Below the pieces are notes generated by a model. That model saw only the letters and a program-made list of their open reading frames with translations. It was not told where the DNA came from and did no database searches. A stretch of 64,000 nucleotides of DNA from Macrostomum lignano (taxonomy: Eukaryota), in assembly GCA_002269645.1 (NCBI GenBank), contig NIVC01000558.1, forward strand, positions 1-64,000, given 5' to 3'. Shown piece by piece: positions 36,145-48,980 of the stretch. The translations under genes and the position numbers were made by a program. Within the stretch, counting starts at the first letter, position 1. Every line of letters starts with the position of its first letter.

Positions 36145-38896
36145 CTGGCTCGTATATAGGAAAGGTAGCCATTGCATACCCTTTACAGAATAAAGAAAAT
36201 ACGAGCATAGCGTATTAGCATTAATATTAATTGAATTAAAATTGTATATGTTTAACTGTTCATCTAGAGAGACAAAATGCCAGTAAGACCAGGGCAGTAA
36301 CTCACTGCTGCAGAGAAAAGCGATCTTTTGGTGAATTGGAAAACCAGTTTAGGAGGCCCAAGCCTTAACGGAAATCATGTCTTTGTGGAGTATACACGTT
36401 TCCGTTTATGCATGAATATACATCTTTTTGGAATAAATTCAGAGGTCCTGTAGGCACCCTGCGTTGTGCAAAGCCTTCGGGGAAATCGTCCTGAGCACAT
36501 ACAAGCACTTCAATACTGCACACCGTCACACAGGTTGTACAGCCGCTTAACTTTCTAGTCGTCAGGCATATACGGAATGGGCGGAATTGGTGATCTTGTG
36601 ATCGGAAGGAATCACAAGACAGCTCCAAGCCAATTTGCGTTCACGAGAACCAAGTCAATGTGGCCACTCTGAGTCAGCTCTGCCCCGCGTTGTGAAATCA
36701 ACATCATTGCCTGCTGTACACTGCAAGTAAATTTTGAATAGTGCCGCCATCAGCAACTGGGACGATCTACGTAAATTGGGCATGCAGCTTGATCATTCGC
36801 AAAATCTGTTGAACTCCATCTTAATAGGGACTATTCAAACAGTTTGAGTACTTATAGACACTTAGCATTGATTTGCTAATGTGTTTTTAACTGTAATTCG
36901 GTGAGAAATAAAACTTGCTTGCAAAAGAAGCTTGAGGAAATAAGATACCAGGGTAGCTGATTTTAAACGTAGCAAGACGTTTACAATTTTGAGCTAATAG
37001 CTAGCTGTTTTCATTTTATAGCTGTGTATTTTTGCCTCATTACAGAGAAGTACATGCATCTCAATTAAATAATTGAAAAACCAAGAGGAAACGGTCATTT
37101 GATGAGTTTAACAAATCAAGATCAAATTCAAATGCAATCTTGAAATCGGCAATAAAAGTTAAACAAATTATATTATCCTAGCATTCACTTGTTTGATTAC
37201 CTGATTAAACAGGGTGTAGAAATATCACGGATTTACGGTAGAGACAGTCCGTTTTTGGCTAAAAATGAGACACCGCATGGAGAGACTGCCATTCGGAGAT
37301 GTGATTGGAAATAGCTGTGTCCAAGATAGGCTCGTAGGTACACGTACGAAGCTTCAGTTTACATCCAGAGCATTCAGGTAACTTGCATTCACTCCAGTTC
37401 TATTGAGACTTTTTTCAAAGCTTAACCTACCAAAGCCTATTTATGAATTTATCACTTGAAAAAATCGGCGTTAGAATGAAAATTAATGCCCTCTCTGGGT
37501 GACTAATACATGAAGTCACAAAGTTACGAGCTCCAAGTCCTGCTCAGTCAGGACTCAGGTGAGATGATAGACCAAAAAGAAATAACGCAGCACGTCGAAC
37601 TCCGGGCCAAGTACCCAGCCCGCACACCTAGGCCACAAACCAGCACAGGTGGGTTCCTTCTCTATCCTTTCATCTCTCATTCCCCTCTCACCTGGCCAGC
37701 AGCCATGGGCTAGATTATTTATCTGGTTCTTGATTTAAATAAGTCAGCGAACTCTTGCAGTAGGTTCTGCTTGAATTGCAACCTGCAGAGAGACGCATTG
37801 CATCTGCACTGCCGTTGAGCCCCTGCAGTCCAGAGGAGCTGTTCACAGAATGCATGGCTGATTCCTGAGGCTGTGGAAGTGGTGCTTGAGTGACAGGTGA
37901 TTACATTGTTTAAGAGTCTTTGGAGCGAAGAAGAAGCGCGGAGGCGAAGCAAGTTTATTAATTATCTGAGCTGTTGTTGTCTTGCCTTGTCAGGGAGTAG
38001 TCAACAGCAGGTTCGCATAAGTTGCTTCACAGCTTCACACAGACAAGCAACTCTGAGCCTGCAAGCAGAATGAATTGCATGGCTAGTAGAGGAAGAAATG
38101 GGTAACCATACTGCTGACTCAAAAACATGTGAGCGTGCTTATCGTATGTTATTGAATCCATGATTGTTTTATCTAAAAACCACCAAAATAGATTTAATTT
38201 GTCTATTTAGATGACATAAGACACAGATAGCACTTTGTTTATGGTTTCCTGCGCTGGGAAAGCTCAAGTCCTGCTGTCCAAGAGACCAGATCATGGACGG
38301 AAGGGATGCCCTGAGACCAAGTAAGGCTTTGAATGCCAAACCCATCAGTTGCAGCAGCAGATTCTTCCCAAGGAAAGCTGGCCCAAGGAAAAGTGTCTAG
38401 TAAAAATTTAAAGACAATAAGGGGATCCAAAAGAGGCGCGGAGTTGAAGAAAGCAGAGGTTCATTGTTCCAGAGAGACGGGATCGGGTTCGCAAAATGGA
38501 CTTGCTGGCGATCGTCCCCAGGTGACAGCTGCTTCCTACAGAAAAACTGCGTGGCCCCCTACTTTGGAAGCCATGCAGCTCTGGAAATCCAGAAAAGAAA
38601 CTGATGAAGCTAAAACAGCTTCACATTTACTCATTACTCTCAACCACACCGACTAGCTATACCTGCTGAATCGCTTCAAAGCTTCAAGACTCCACTGTTG
38701 GCTTTTCACGTGACTCTTCAGCGTCCATGCTCTGCCGACCGTGAGGTGAGCTATTAAAACAAACAAATAGCTAGAAAATGGGACTGCTAAGAGATGCAGA
38801 GAGCAGCCAACATGTGATGAGGGTGGGTGACACTGGGAGTTAAGAGTCGATATTATTTGGCAAGAAAATAGTAAATGGCAGGGAAATAGAGAATAG

Positions 38897-39228
38897 ACCA
38901 ATGCCTGCAGTGATCATTGCCCCTGCAGTGACCAATGCCTGCAGTGACCAATGCCTGCAGTGACCAATGTCTGCAGTGACCAATGCCTGCAGTGACCAAT
39001 GCCTGCAGTGACCAATGCCTGCAGTGACCAATGCCTGCAGTGACCAATGCCTGCAGTGACCAATGCCTGCAGTGACCAATGCATGCAGTGACCAATGCAT
39101 GCAGTGACCAATGCCTGCAGTGACCAATGCATGCAGTGACCAATGCCTGCAGTGACCAATGCCTGCAGTGACCAATGCCTGCAGTGATCATTGCCCCTGG
39201 AGTAAACAATGCCTGCAGTGATCATTGC
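38897..39228. repeat. 16-bp satellite (GCCTGCAGTGACCAAT)n, second array
   Basis: Same unit and same 3' flank as 27086-28040. Confidence 0.96.
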
Positions 39229-40103
39229 CGATTGATTTTCCAGTAATCAGACAGCCTCATGCGATTGCCAAAAGCTTAGAATCAAAGTAACGCCGTCTGG
39301 TTTTTTTAAAACAGCGTTACAGGGCGCGTTTCTGGGTTTGGGGCGAACGTTGGCTGTGGGTGTTCACCTGTGTTGGAGGTGCAGCTGCCAACGATGCACT
39401 GAAAAATAGTATATGAACCAGTAGGCCAGGGGTCGGCAAACTCCGGCCAGGGGGGGGTCACATGCAGCCTGAAAAGCTTCTCTCTCCGGCCCTCGGATCT
39501 TTTGAAACTTCACAATAGCAATCCGGCCCACTCGGGGTTTGCGTCTCTTCTCAGCTGTCCTCTCTTCTCTTTTCCCTCCCCTTTCCTCTCTACTCTCTTC
39601 GTTTCTCTCTTCTTTCCTTTCCTCTCTTCCTTCTCTCTAATCTCCCTTTCGCCTCTCCTCCTCCTCTATCCTTTCATATCTCATCTCCTCCTTTCTATTC
39701 TCTTTATCTATTCTCTCTTCTCTCTCTTCTCTATCTTTTCTATCTTGCAACTTGAAGTGAGACGATTTGCATTGGCACTACAAATGAGCCCCAGCATCCC
39801 AGAATAGGAGCTGCTCAAACAGTGACTGATCCTTGAGGCTGTGGAAATGGGGATTGAGTGACAGGTGATTCCATTGTTTTTTAGTTTTAGGAGCGAAGAA
39901 GAAGCGCGGAGGCCAATAAAATTTATTGATTCTCTGAGAGCTGTTGTTGCCTTGTCGGGGCTTCTGCTGCTGCTTGAAGTTGGTGTCTGCCTCACAGACC
40001 TGTCAGGGAGTAGCCAACAGCAGGTTCGCATAAGCTGCTACTCACAGACAAGCAACTCTAGCATGCAGTCCTAGTCATAATCTAGCATGCAGCCCTAGTC
40101 AGC

Positions 40104-40680
40104 CCTAGAAGACATTGACTTGTTGATTCTTAGCAGATCTTGTCTATCTTCTTGGGTTGAGGTGCAAGTACTTGCAAGAACGTGCAAGATCTTCGCTATG
40201 ATAATACTTAGGTAAACTTACCAGATCTGGGCGACTTGCTACATCGTACAAGATCTTAGCTTTTATATTCTTTTATAGCTTCGAATCGCATATTTTCTTA
40301 AATTTATTTTCCCATTTTGTCACAAAATAAAATATATTTCAGCTCGAACACTTTAGCCAAATGAATAAAAAACGTGCCTCCAATCTCAGAAGATCCTGTA
40401 AGAACCAAGCAGATTGAGAAGATCTGCTAAGAATGGCACAGAGGCAAGCGGCCGTATGCAGAAAGCTTAATCCAGACTAGCTAGTCAGGACTTGGGTAGT
40501 TTAGTCTATAGTCTATGGTCTAGCTACCTTAGTTCTGTCTATAGTAGACCGGTCTAACTTTGTCTTTCTGCATATCAAATCCAAGTCCAGACTAGCTTTT
40601 CAAGACCAGACTACCCTAGACAGAGCTTTTTGTATATGGCTCAAGATCTGCTAAGTTTGAGAAACAGAATGTCCTCTAGG
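40104..40680. mobile_element. Possible MITE (~580 bp)
   Basis: Inverted termini CCTAGARGACATT-12nt-CTTAGCAGATCTTG; absent from the paralogous segment at ~28880; no clear TSD. Confidence 0.45.
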
Positions 40681-41385
40681 AGGGTAACCATATTGCGGAC
40701 TCAAACACTTGTGAACGTGATTGTCTCAGTCCCAGATGGCTAGAAAATTGGCTTACAGCAGCCTCATGGACTCTAATACGAAAATATTTTACGACGAGTA
40801 TAAAACCTGACTTCCATCTATGATTGTTTTATCTCGGTCGAAAAACAAGTTTAATTTGTCTATTAGGCTGGAATTAAACACAAATAGCACTGGGTTTATT
40901 GTTTCCTTCGCTGGGAAAGCTCAAGTCCTGCTGTCCAAAAGACGAGATCACGCACCAGATGGATGCTCTGCAAGGCCAAGTAAGGCTTTGAATCCTTCCC
41001 ATGGAATTTTCCATTCTTCCCATGGAAAGCCAGCCCAAGTAAGTGCCCAGTAAAACGATAAAAGACAATAAGGGGTCCAAAAGAGGCGCGGCGTTGAAGA
41101 AAGCAGAGGTTCATTGTTCCAGAGAGACGGGATCGGGTTGGCAAAATGGATTTGCTGGCTTCGTCCCCAGGTGGCAGCTGCTTCCCTCAGTAAAACTGCG
41201 AGCCCTTCCCCCCCCTTTGGAAGCCATGCAGCTCTGGAAATCCAGAAAAGAAACTGGTGAAGCTAAAACAACTTCACATTCACTCATTACAAGTTGGGTA
41301 AATGATAGACAGATTACTCCCGACTACACCGACTTGCTGCCTGCTGAATCGCTTCAAAGCCTCAAAGCTCCACTGTATGGCTTTT

Positions 41386-41535
41386 CCATGCTGTCCATGC
41401 TGTCCATGCTGTCCATGCTGTCCTTGCTGTCCATGCCGTCCATGCTGTCCATGCTGTCCTTGCTGTCCATGCTGTCCATGCTGTCCATGCTGTCCTTGCT
41501 GTCCATGCTGTCCATGCTGTCCATGCTGTCCGTGC
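41386..41535. repeat. 9-bp repeat (CCATGCTGT)n
   Basis: About 16 tandem units. Confidence 0.93.
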
Positions 41536-43224
41536 TCTGTCGACCACAGGTGAGTAATAAAACAAAGGACTAGCTAGACAATTGGATTGCTAAGGAATGC
41601 AGAGAGCAGCCAACCTGGGGTAGGGGTGGGTGAGGTGGGAGGTGAGTTAAGAGTCAATATTGTTTGGGAGGAAAATAGTCTCAGCTACTGTTGCTGCGCT
41701 AAAACACGTTGCTAAGAGACGCAATGCTCAGGTCCTAAGGCAGCTCCAATGCCTGAGCATCTGGCAGGCTGTTTGAGCGGCATTTGTGGCAGTGCATAAA
41801 TATGAGTGAGCTGCTCCTCCGGGTTGAACGCTGCCTCACCGAGACATCCAGAGCTCACTGATAGACTGAATCTCCTGACATGATTCGCGACTTTCTTCTC
41901 GTCTGCGCCTTGGTCTGCGCTGCTGCAGCGAGTGACACTGACGGCACAGGTAACAGCTAAGGGTGACTAATTTATTTTCCAATTATGTGAAAATGCATCG
42001 CAAAGGTGAACCACAAATCCCTTGCAGAGTATTCGACTGACCCGGTGGAGTCTCTGAACTCCACAGCTCCGATAACATCAGCTGGAGGCAGCAGCGACAT
42101 TCACTGCACTGTGCAGTGCTCGTCCGCTGGAGCCGCTGTCTGCGCTGCCACCGCCTACGTGGAAGAGACTCGGGTGTGCCTGTTCTCAGGCGTGAGCTCC
42201 GCGCAGCATCGTATACCGAAGGGTGAAAGGTGCGCAAGTGCTGGGTTTCAGAGCTGGTTTCATTCAATAATTATAGGCAGTTTGGCTATTCTGTAGGACC
42301 CTTCTATGGCAACTGATACTTTAGCTACGACAGGTGTCCGGAAAACAGTTTTATTTTTCGTGTTGCGGACGTTTGGTAAGTTGCATTGGCACAAGTTGGT
42401 GTAGTTTGAAAGCGGCAAGTCTCTTCTTTAAAATGACAAACTCCAATTAATTTAAATTTATATGCCAAGATATATGTGCATTTAAGTATAGTGAGATCGG
42501 TCATTGACTTACAGAACCGACAGACACACAAGCTAAGTCCTGTAAAAATCGAGCTCGCCTAGAAAAAATACGAGTTATCGATTGCCACTGAGCATAATGC
42601 TAATTTTAACAGATATTTTAGCTTCTATAAGTCTACGAGCAATCTCCCTCTGCGCGTTAATCATGTTAGAGAAGCAACTTGTCGCTTTCAAACAACTTAC
42701 CAAACTTCCGCAACAACGCAAAAGTATTATAACACTTTTTTCCGGATAACACCATAACTAGCTGATTGATTAATGCAGAATTATAGTGAGTCTGAATGAA
42801 TGCTTTTCTACAATTCTTTAAGAGGAATTGACAACAACAACAACAACTACAACTACTCCTACTCCTGGGTACCATGTGATGCTGAGTCGCACTAGACTGA
42901 CACTGAGCTTTGCTCGAACTTGGACTGAGTACGAAAACGGATTCGGCGATGGAGTGGACGTGTGGCTCGGTGAGACTTGGGGCTCAACAGAAACTATCTT
43001 GACTAGCTTATTTTAGTGTTAAAACACAAAAATATTAAAAAAAATTAAGTTTTCTGAAATCTTGGCGACAAAGCGCCGGGAGATTTACTTATCATAGACC
43101 CTTTAGCAGGGCGATGACTTTTCATGTATGTTATGTTATAAGGACTCATATGCCGACTAAAAGGTAAGTACAGTTCTAAGTAGCAAAAGTTCTTCAAATG
43201 TTAATGTACATTTTCTTTACACCT

Positions 43225-43466
43225 GCCCCAATGGGCAGATGTGCAACGGACAGCTCAGCCGCAGATATTGTGCGGCGCATCTAAAGACAGCGTACGGCTG
43301 TTCAGTCCAAGGACGGGCGGTTGCCACATACACCATCAATTTACCTTCAATTGTGAACCGGAGCAATGTAGAGTTAAGTGTCTCGCTCAAGGATAAATGG
43401 GTAGAGATTTAAACCCCCAACATTTTGGTCTTCATTTCGGTGCTCTAATCACTAGGCTACAACCCC
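43225..43466 (-). mobile_element. tRNA-derived SINE, copy in intron 3 of G4
   Basis: Homologous to 33972-34222 at the same intron position. Confidence 0.7.
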
Positions 43467-44725
43467 TGTAACTACTAAGGGCCAGTAGATCCGTCGATTT
43501 TGGAGGTGAGGTGGGTGTCAACCCTCCTCGCCTCTCATTGGCTGGCGCCCCGATCACTAGGTGATCGATACGCGTATCGATATCGGCGCTCGGCGCGCGT
43601 GCGCGCTGCAGGCTACCGATATGTATGCCGCAGGCGCGCCCTCCCGATATGTACACCCTACCGATATGTATGCCGCAGGCGCGCCCTCCCGATATGTACC
43701 CCTCCCGAGCCGCAGGTCCCACCCGAGCCGCAGGTCCCACCCGAGCCGCAGGTCCCACCCGAGCCACAGGCGCCCCAAGTCAAAGGTACACTCTCCCGAT
43801 ATGGGTGTACACTCTCCCGATACGGGTGTACACTCTCCCAATACGGGTCTACACTCTCCCGATATGCGTGTACACCGATATGTAGTCAACGATACGTACC
43901 CTGCAGGCACCCTCTACCTCACGCCCTGCCCCCACCTAGCCTCTCCCCCTCTCTCACCCACATCTCAACTAGCGAAATCGAACCCAGGTCGCGCCCATAC
44001 TAGGCCACTACACTGTCGAAGCATAGGGAGCGAGATGTTTCAACCCTAACGCTGACGCAGCCCTGTACAGCGAGGAATGTACGGACAGAGGGGAGGGTGA
44101 ACAGAGAGCTAGCCACTAGGTTGTTATACTGTCGAGGCATAGGGAGCGAGAAGTTTTAACCACGATGCTGACGCAGCCCTGTACAGTGAGCGTGTACGGA
44201 CTGAGAGAGGTGGGTGGACAGAGAGCCAGCCACTAGGTTGTTATACTGTCGAAGCATAGGGAGCGAGAAGTTTAAACCCCGATGCTGACGCAGACCTGTA
44301 CAGTGAGCGTGTACAGCCAGAGGGTTGGTGGAAAGAGAGATATGAACAGCACGGCCTGCTGCAGGAGCCGGATAGAGGCGCATGCGGGAACAGAGACGCA
44401 GTCGGGAGGGCGCGCCTGCGGCATATGTTGGGGTTGTACTTTGTTTCACTGTCTGTTTCTCTCTCTCTCTCCCGTGACTGATTATTATTGCGCGCTATCG
44501 TTTTACCCCTACCCGTTTGTGCATTTGCGCTTGCCAGTGTGCGTGGTTTTAACTCCCAGCCAATCAGAGGGTGTTTGTCTATTGATGTACGTGGTATCGT
44601 GTCTTAAAGTCAAATATATACGTTCGTCGCTTCGGTAGAGTTCTTTTCAATTGTATGTCTCCTTCGCTTGCAAATATGAGTTGACTCAGTTTTGCCTAGC
44701 CCAACATCTTGGCGTCGCAAGCAGG

Positions 44726-47700
44726 ATGAGCATCAAACTGAGAGAGACGCTGCCGTTGAGCAACATAGATGAGCTTCGCGCTTGGGTTGAAGTGTTTCCA
44801 GATCCAAAGAAGTCGAAGATACCGATGAGAGACTAGCGCTGACCAACGCTTTCATGGGCTGCCTCGGGGTCGCTGAGCTCATCAAAGTCAAGCAGCTGGT
44901 GGCTCCAAAAACCCCGTCTGAGATGAAATGGTCTGAAATCAAGCAATGCCTACTGGCGTTTGTGGAGCCCAAGAAGAAACTGCAGATTGCTGAAAGGACA
45001 GCCTTCATGTCTATGCGCCAGGCCGAAGGCGAAACCGTCACCAGCTATGCCGCTCGTCTCAGGGAGCAAGCCGTCGTTTGCGAGTTCGAGAGCCTGAAAA
45101 AGGAGGGAGCGGACCCCGCTGAAGTTCATCAAGATGCGGCTCATGGCCGGTCTGGCCAACTCGGAAATCAGGAACAAGGTGCTCGAGCGTGAAGTGACTC
45201 AAGAACTGACGGTCGATCAGGTCACAGAATATGTTCAGCAGCTGCAGATGGTCAGCAACTTTTCAGCTGGGTCCCTGGCTGCTGCTCGCTCGACTCCCGT
45301 GGATTCGATGGTGCACCAGGCTAGGTCGCTGTCGACCGCGGGTCTGACTACGGCTGATGAAGCTCACTGCCACCCAGATAGCTCCGGCTCTGTCAACGTT
45401 AAATTGGTTATGAGGCAGAAGCAGAACTTCGGACATCAGCGCTGTCAGCGTTGCGGGTTTGGATCGCACCAGAAGCCCGATGACTGCCGAGCCCCGAGAG
45501 CCACCTGCAATCAATGTGGAAAGCCTGGCCACTTTGCCCGTGTGTGCCGCGGTGCCAGGACCCACTTCGCTGTCCCAGCTGAAGCAGTCGGCACTCAGCT
45601 GAGTCCAGAAGACTCCTATCGTGATGAGCCCGTATTCTACTGTGGAGAAGGGAAGCCTGCCGAGTTCTGCACTGTGAAAATCAATCACAGAGAAGTACAG
45701 ATGGAGAAGGACAGCGGTGCATCCTGCTCGTTAATCTCACGAAGGATCTGGAATGAGCTCGGAAGGCCCCCGCTGAAGTCGGCGAAGTCGCGCATGCTGG
45801 CGTATGACGGACACGTTATGAGACAGCTGGGCGTTCTGGAATGCCTGGTGGAGACCACTGCCAAAAACGGCCGCTTCAAGGCGGCAGAGCTGCCCGTCAT
45901 CGACTGCCAACAAGAGTTTGGGCTGCTCGGCCGGAATCTGCTGGTCCTCGCGCCGGTGCACCATGCCAGTTCTGATGAGCCAGCTGCCAGCAACAGGTAT
46001 GAGAGCTTGTTGGGAATATCTGGTGCTACAGGAGAGATCCGTCTTTGTGCAGGAGCTAGGCCAATTTTCCAGGCAGCTAGAGAACTGCCCTTAGCGCTGA
46101 AGCACTTGGTTAAGAAGGAGCTGGACCTGATGGAAAGTGCTGGAATCGTTGAGAAGGTGATGTCGTCGGAATGGGGCAGTCCAATTGTGGTGACGGTGAA
46201 GTCAGATCGGGCATCCGTGAGAATTTGTGGAGATTATTCGGCTGTTAATCGGTTGGTTCAAGACCAGACCTTCCTCACTCCCTCGATTGAGACAGCCTTT
46301 TCGAAAATGGCCAACAAGAAGCTGTTCTGTCGGCTGGACCTATTGGATGCGTACTATCAGGTTCCCCTGGATGAGGAATCGAAGGCGGTGACCACCATAA
46401 ACACTCCTTTTGGTTGCTACAGGTTTAACCGGCTGCCGTATTTCATTAAGGTGTCGCTATCTGTTTTTCAACGTGTGATGGAAAAGCTCCTGGGAGACCA
46501 TCCATGTGTCATAGTATATCAGGACGATGTGCTGATCGGTGCTGCGAGCCGGGCAGAGTTGCAGAAAATCAGGGAGCAGGTGCTCAACAAGTTAAAGGCA
46601 GCCAACGTCAAGATCAACGAGGCGAAGTGCGTGATGGAAGCCAACAGCCTGAAGTTTCTTGGTCACATTATTGATGATGAAGGAATAAAACCGGATCCCG
46701 GCATGGTGAAACGTGTGATGGATGTCGAGGTGCCGAAGACCAAGAAAGATTTGGAGAGATTTCTAGGACTGGCTCAGTTTTATGTACGGCTTGTTCCAAA
46801 CTTTTCTGAGAAATGTCGGCCTCTTCAAGAGCTTCGCCGCGGAGACCGAGTCTTTGAATGGAACGCGGTGGTTGAGGCGGCATTTTCGGAAGTCAAGAGG
46901 AGTCTGGCCTCAAACCCGTGCATCAAGCCGTTTGATGTTTCCGCGCCTGTCTGTCTTCGAGTCGATGCGAGCGAGAAGTCATTGGGCGCGGTGCTGGTCC
47001 AGTCTGGACATCCCGTCATGTTCATGTCCAGGGCGCTCACACAGGCAGAAACCAACTACTCGAACATCGAGAGAGAAGCGCTGGCTATTGTTTGGGCGGT
47101 TGAACGAGCTCGGAAAATGTTGCTAGGGAAGAAATTCATCCTGCAGACCGATCACGAGCCTTTGAAGTTTATTCTGAATCCTTGCAAGAATCTTCCAAAG
47201 ACTGTTTCTGCCAGACTAACCCGATGGGCTCTGCGGCTGTCAGCGTATGATTACGAGATTGAATATGTGCCGGGAAAGAAGATGCAGGATGCTGACGCTC
47301 TATCAAGGCTGAGCTTTGAAAACCTCGATCCTGAGACTGAGTCGGTTCACCAGACTGAGTTGATCACTGACGGAGGCTTGGTTACCGTGGAGGAGCTGAG
47401 AGAAAGTACTTCCCGGTGTTCGTTGCTTCAAAGACTCCAGCAGAAATCAGGACAGGCCGATGGGGTCAGGTCTCTCAGGTGGAGCGGCCGTACAAAGCGT
47501 GTCGGGAAGCGTTGTCTGTGGAGAACGGGCTGGTCATCCACGGTACCAGGGTAGTGCCTCCGACCATTCTCCGGCGGCGCATTTTGGAGACTGCACATGA
47601 TGAGGTGCACCCGAGCGTGGAAAATACGAAAGCCCATGTGTCTAAAGAGTTCTGGTGGCCTGGACTGGATCGCGATGTCCGTCAGTTTGTTGAGCGGTGT

Positions 47701-48620
47701 CAGCTGTGCGCTGAAAGGCGGCCGGTGGTTCAGCGGAAAATTGACATATGGCCATCCGAGAGCGAGCCGTGGTCTCGGGTTCACATGGACCACTGTGAGG
47801 TGCCAGGAGTGGGCTTGCTGCTGTTGCTGTCTGCTGCATACTCTGTTTGGCCAGAAGCTGTCCAGGTCCCAGACAGGTCTTCGGGCAGTGTGCTGAGAGT
47901 GCTGAGAGTGTTGAGAGCGGTGTTTGCCAGAAATGGAGTGCCTCGGACGCTAGTGTCGGATAATGCGCCTAAGTTCAGGTCGGAAAGAGTCTCGCAGTGG
48001 CTGAACAGCGTCGGCTGCCAGGAGGTGCACACCCCACCGTACCATCCGGCATCGAACGGGCAGGCTGAGCGGTTGGTGAGGAGTCTCAAAGGCGGGCTGA
48101 AGACGTGGACGAAAGTGGTCCCATTTGACCAGTTCCTGCAGAAACTGCTCCTAACCATTCGAACCAGCAGGCCTAGCGGGAACCGTTCCAGCTCGCCGGA
48201 CATTCTCATGTGGGGACGCCGGCTGCGCCATCCGTTGACGACGACCGAGCAGGTGGGCGACTCCATCTGGCTGAGGGCTCGGCCTGGCACGGCTCCGGTT
48301 CCGGCCAAGTTCATCGTGCAGCACGGCCGGAACGCAGCTCTGGTGACCTCAGCTGACCTGCCAGACGGAGGACTGCAGATGGCGCACGCAAACCAATGGA
48401 GCTGCCGCCCAGAGGCGGAGTCCGATCGGCTAACCGAGGCGGCTGGATCCGAGGATCAGGCTGGGCTATCGATTCCGGGGCCAAGGCTGGCTCTGACTCG
48501 GAGCTGCGTGAACCTGAGGTGACTGTCTGTGACTCCCCGCTGAGTTCTGGAGATGAGACTCTCCAGCCCCACCGCTCGTATGATTTGCGGCCTCGTAAAC
48601 GTGTTTGTTATCAGGTCTAA
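44726..48620 (+). pseudogene. gag-pol of gypsy copy 1 (zinc knuckles, protease, RT, RNase H, integrase), frameshifted
   Basis: CNQCGKPGHFARVC, DSGAS, YQDD, VDASEKSLGAVL, YSNIEREALA, HHCC, VSDNAPKF, AERLVRSLK; frameshifts near 44795, 45122 and 47435; domain order PR-RT-RH-IN. Confidence 0.93.
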
Positions 48621-48980
48621 GGACTGGTTTTGGTTTCTTTTGTTTTTCGTTTTTCTGCTTTTGGGGGAGCAGTGTTGGGGTTGTACTTTGTTTCACTGTC
48701 TGTTTCTCTCTCTCTCTCTCTCCCTCCCGTGACTGATCATTATTGCGCGCTATCGTTTTACCCCTACCCGTTTGTGCATTTGCGCTTGCCAGTGTGCGTG
48801 GTTTTAACTCCCAGCCAATCAGAGGGTGTTTGTCTATTGATGTACGTGGTATCGTGTCTTAAAGTCAAATATATACGTTCGTCGCTTCGGTAGAGTTCTT
48901 TTCAATTGTATGTCTCCTTCGCTTGCAAATATGAGTTGACTCAGTTTTGCCTAGCCCAACATCTTGGCGTCGCAAGCAGG

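Noticed and set aside
43432-44049. ORFs inside the TIR element
   Set aside because: Derived from GC-rich subrepeats; no transposase or polymerase motifs
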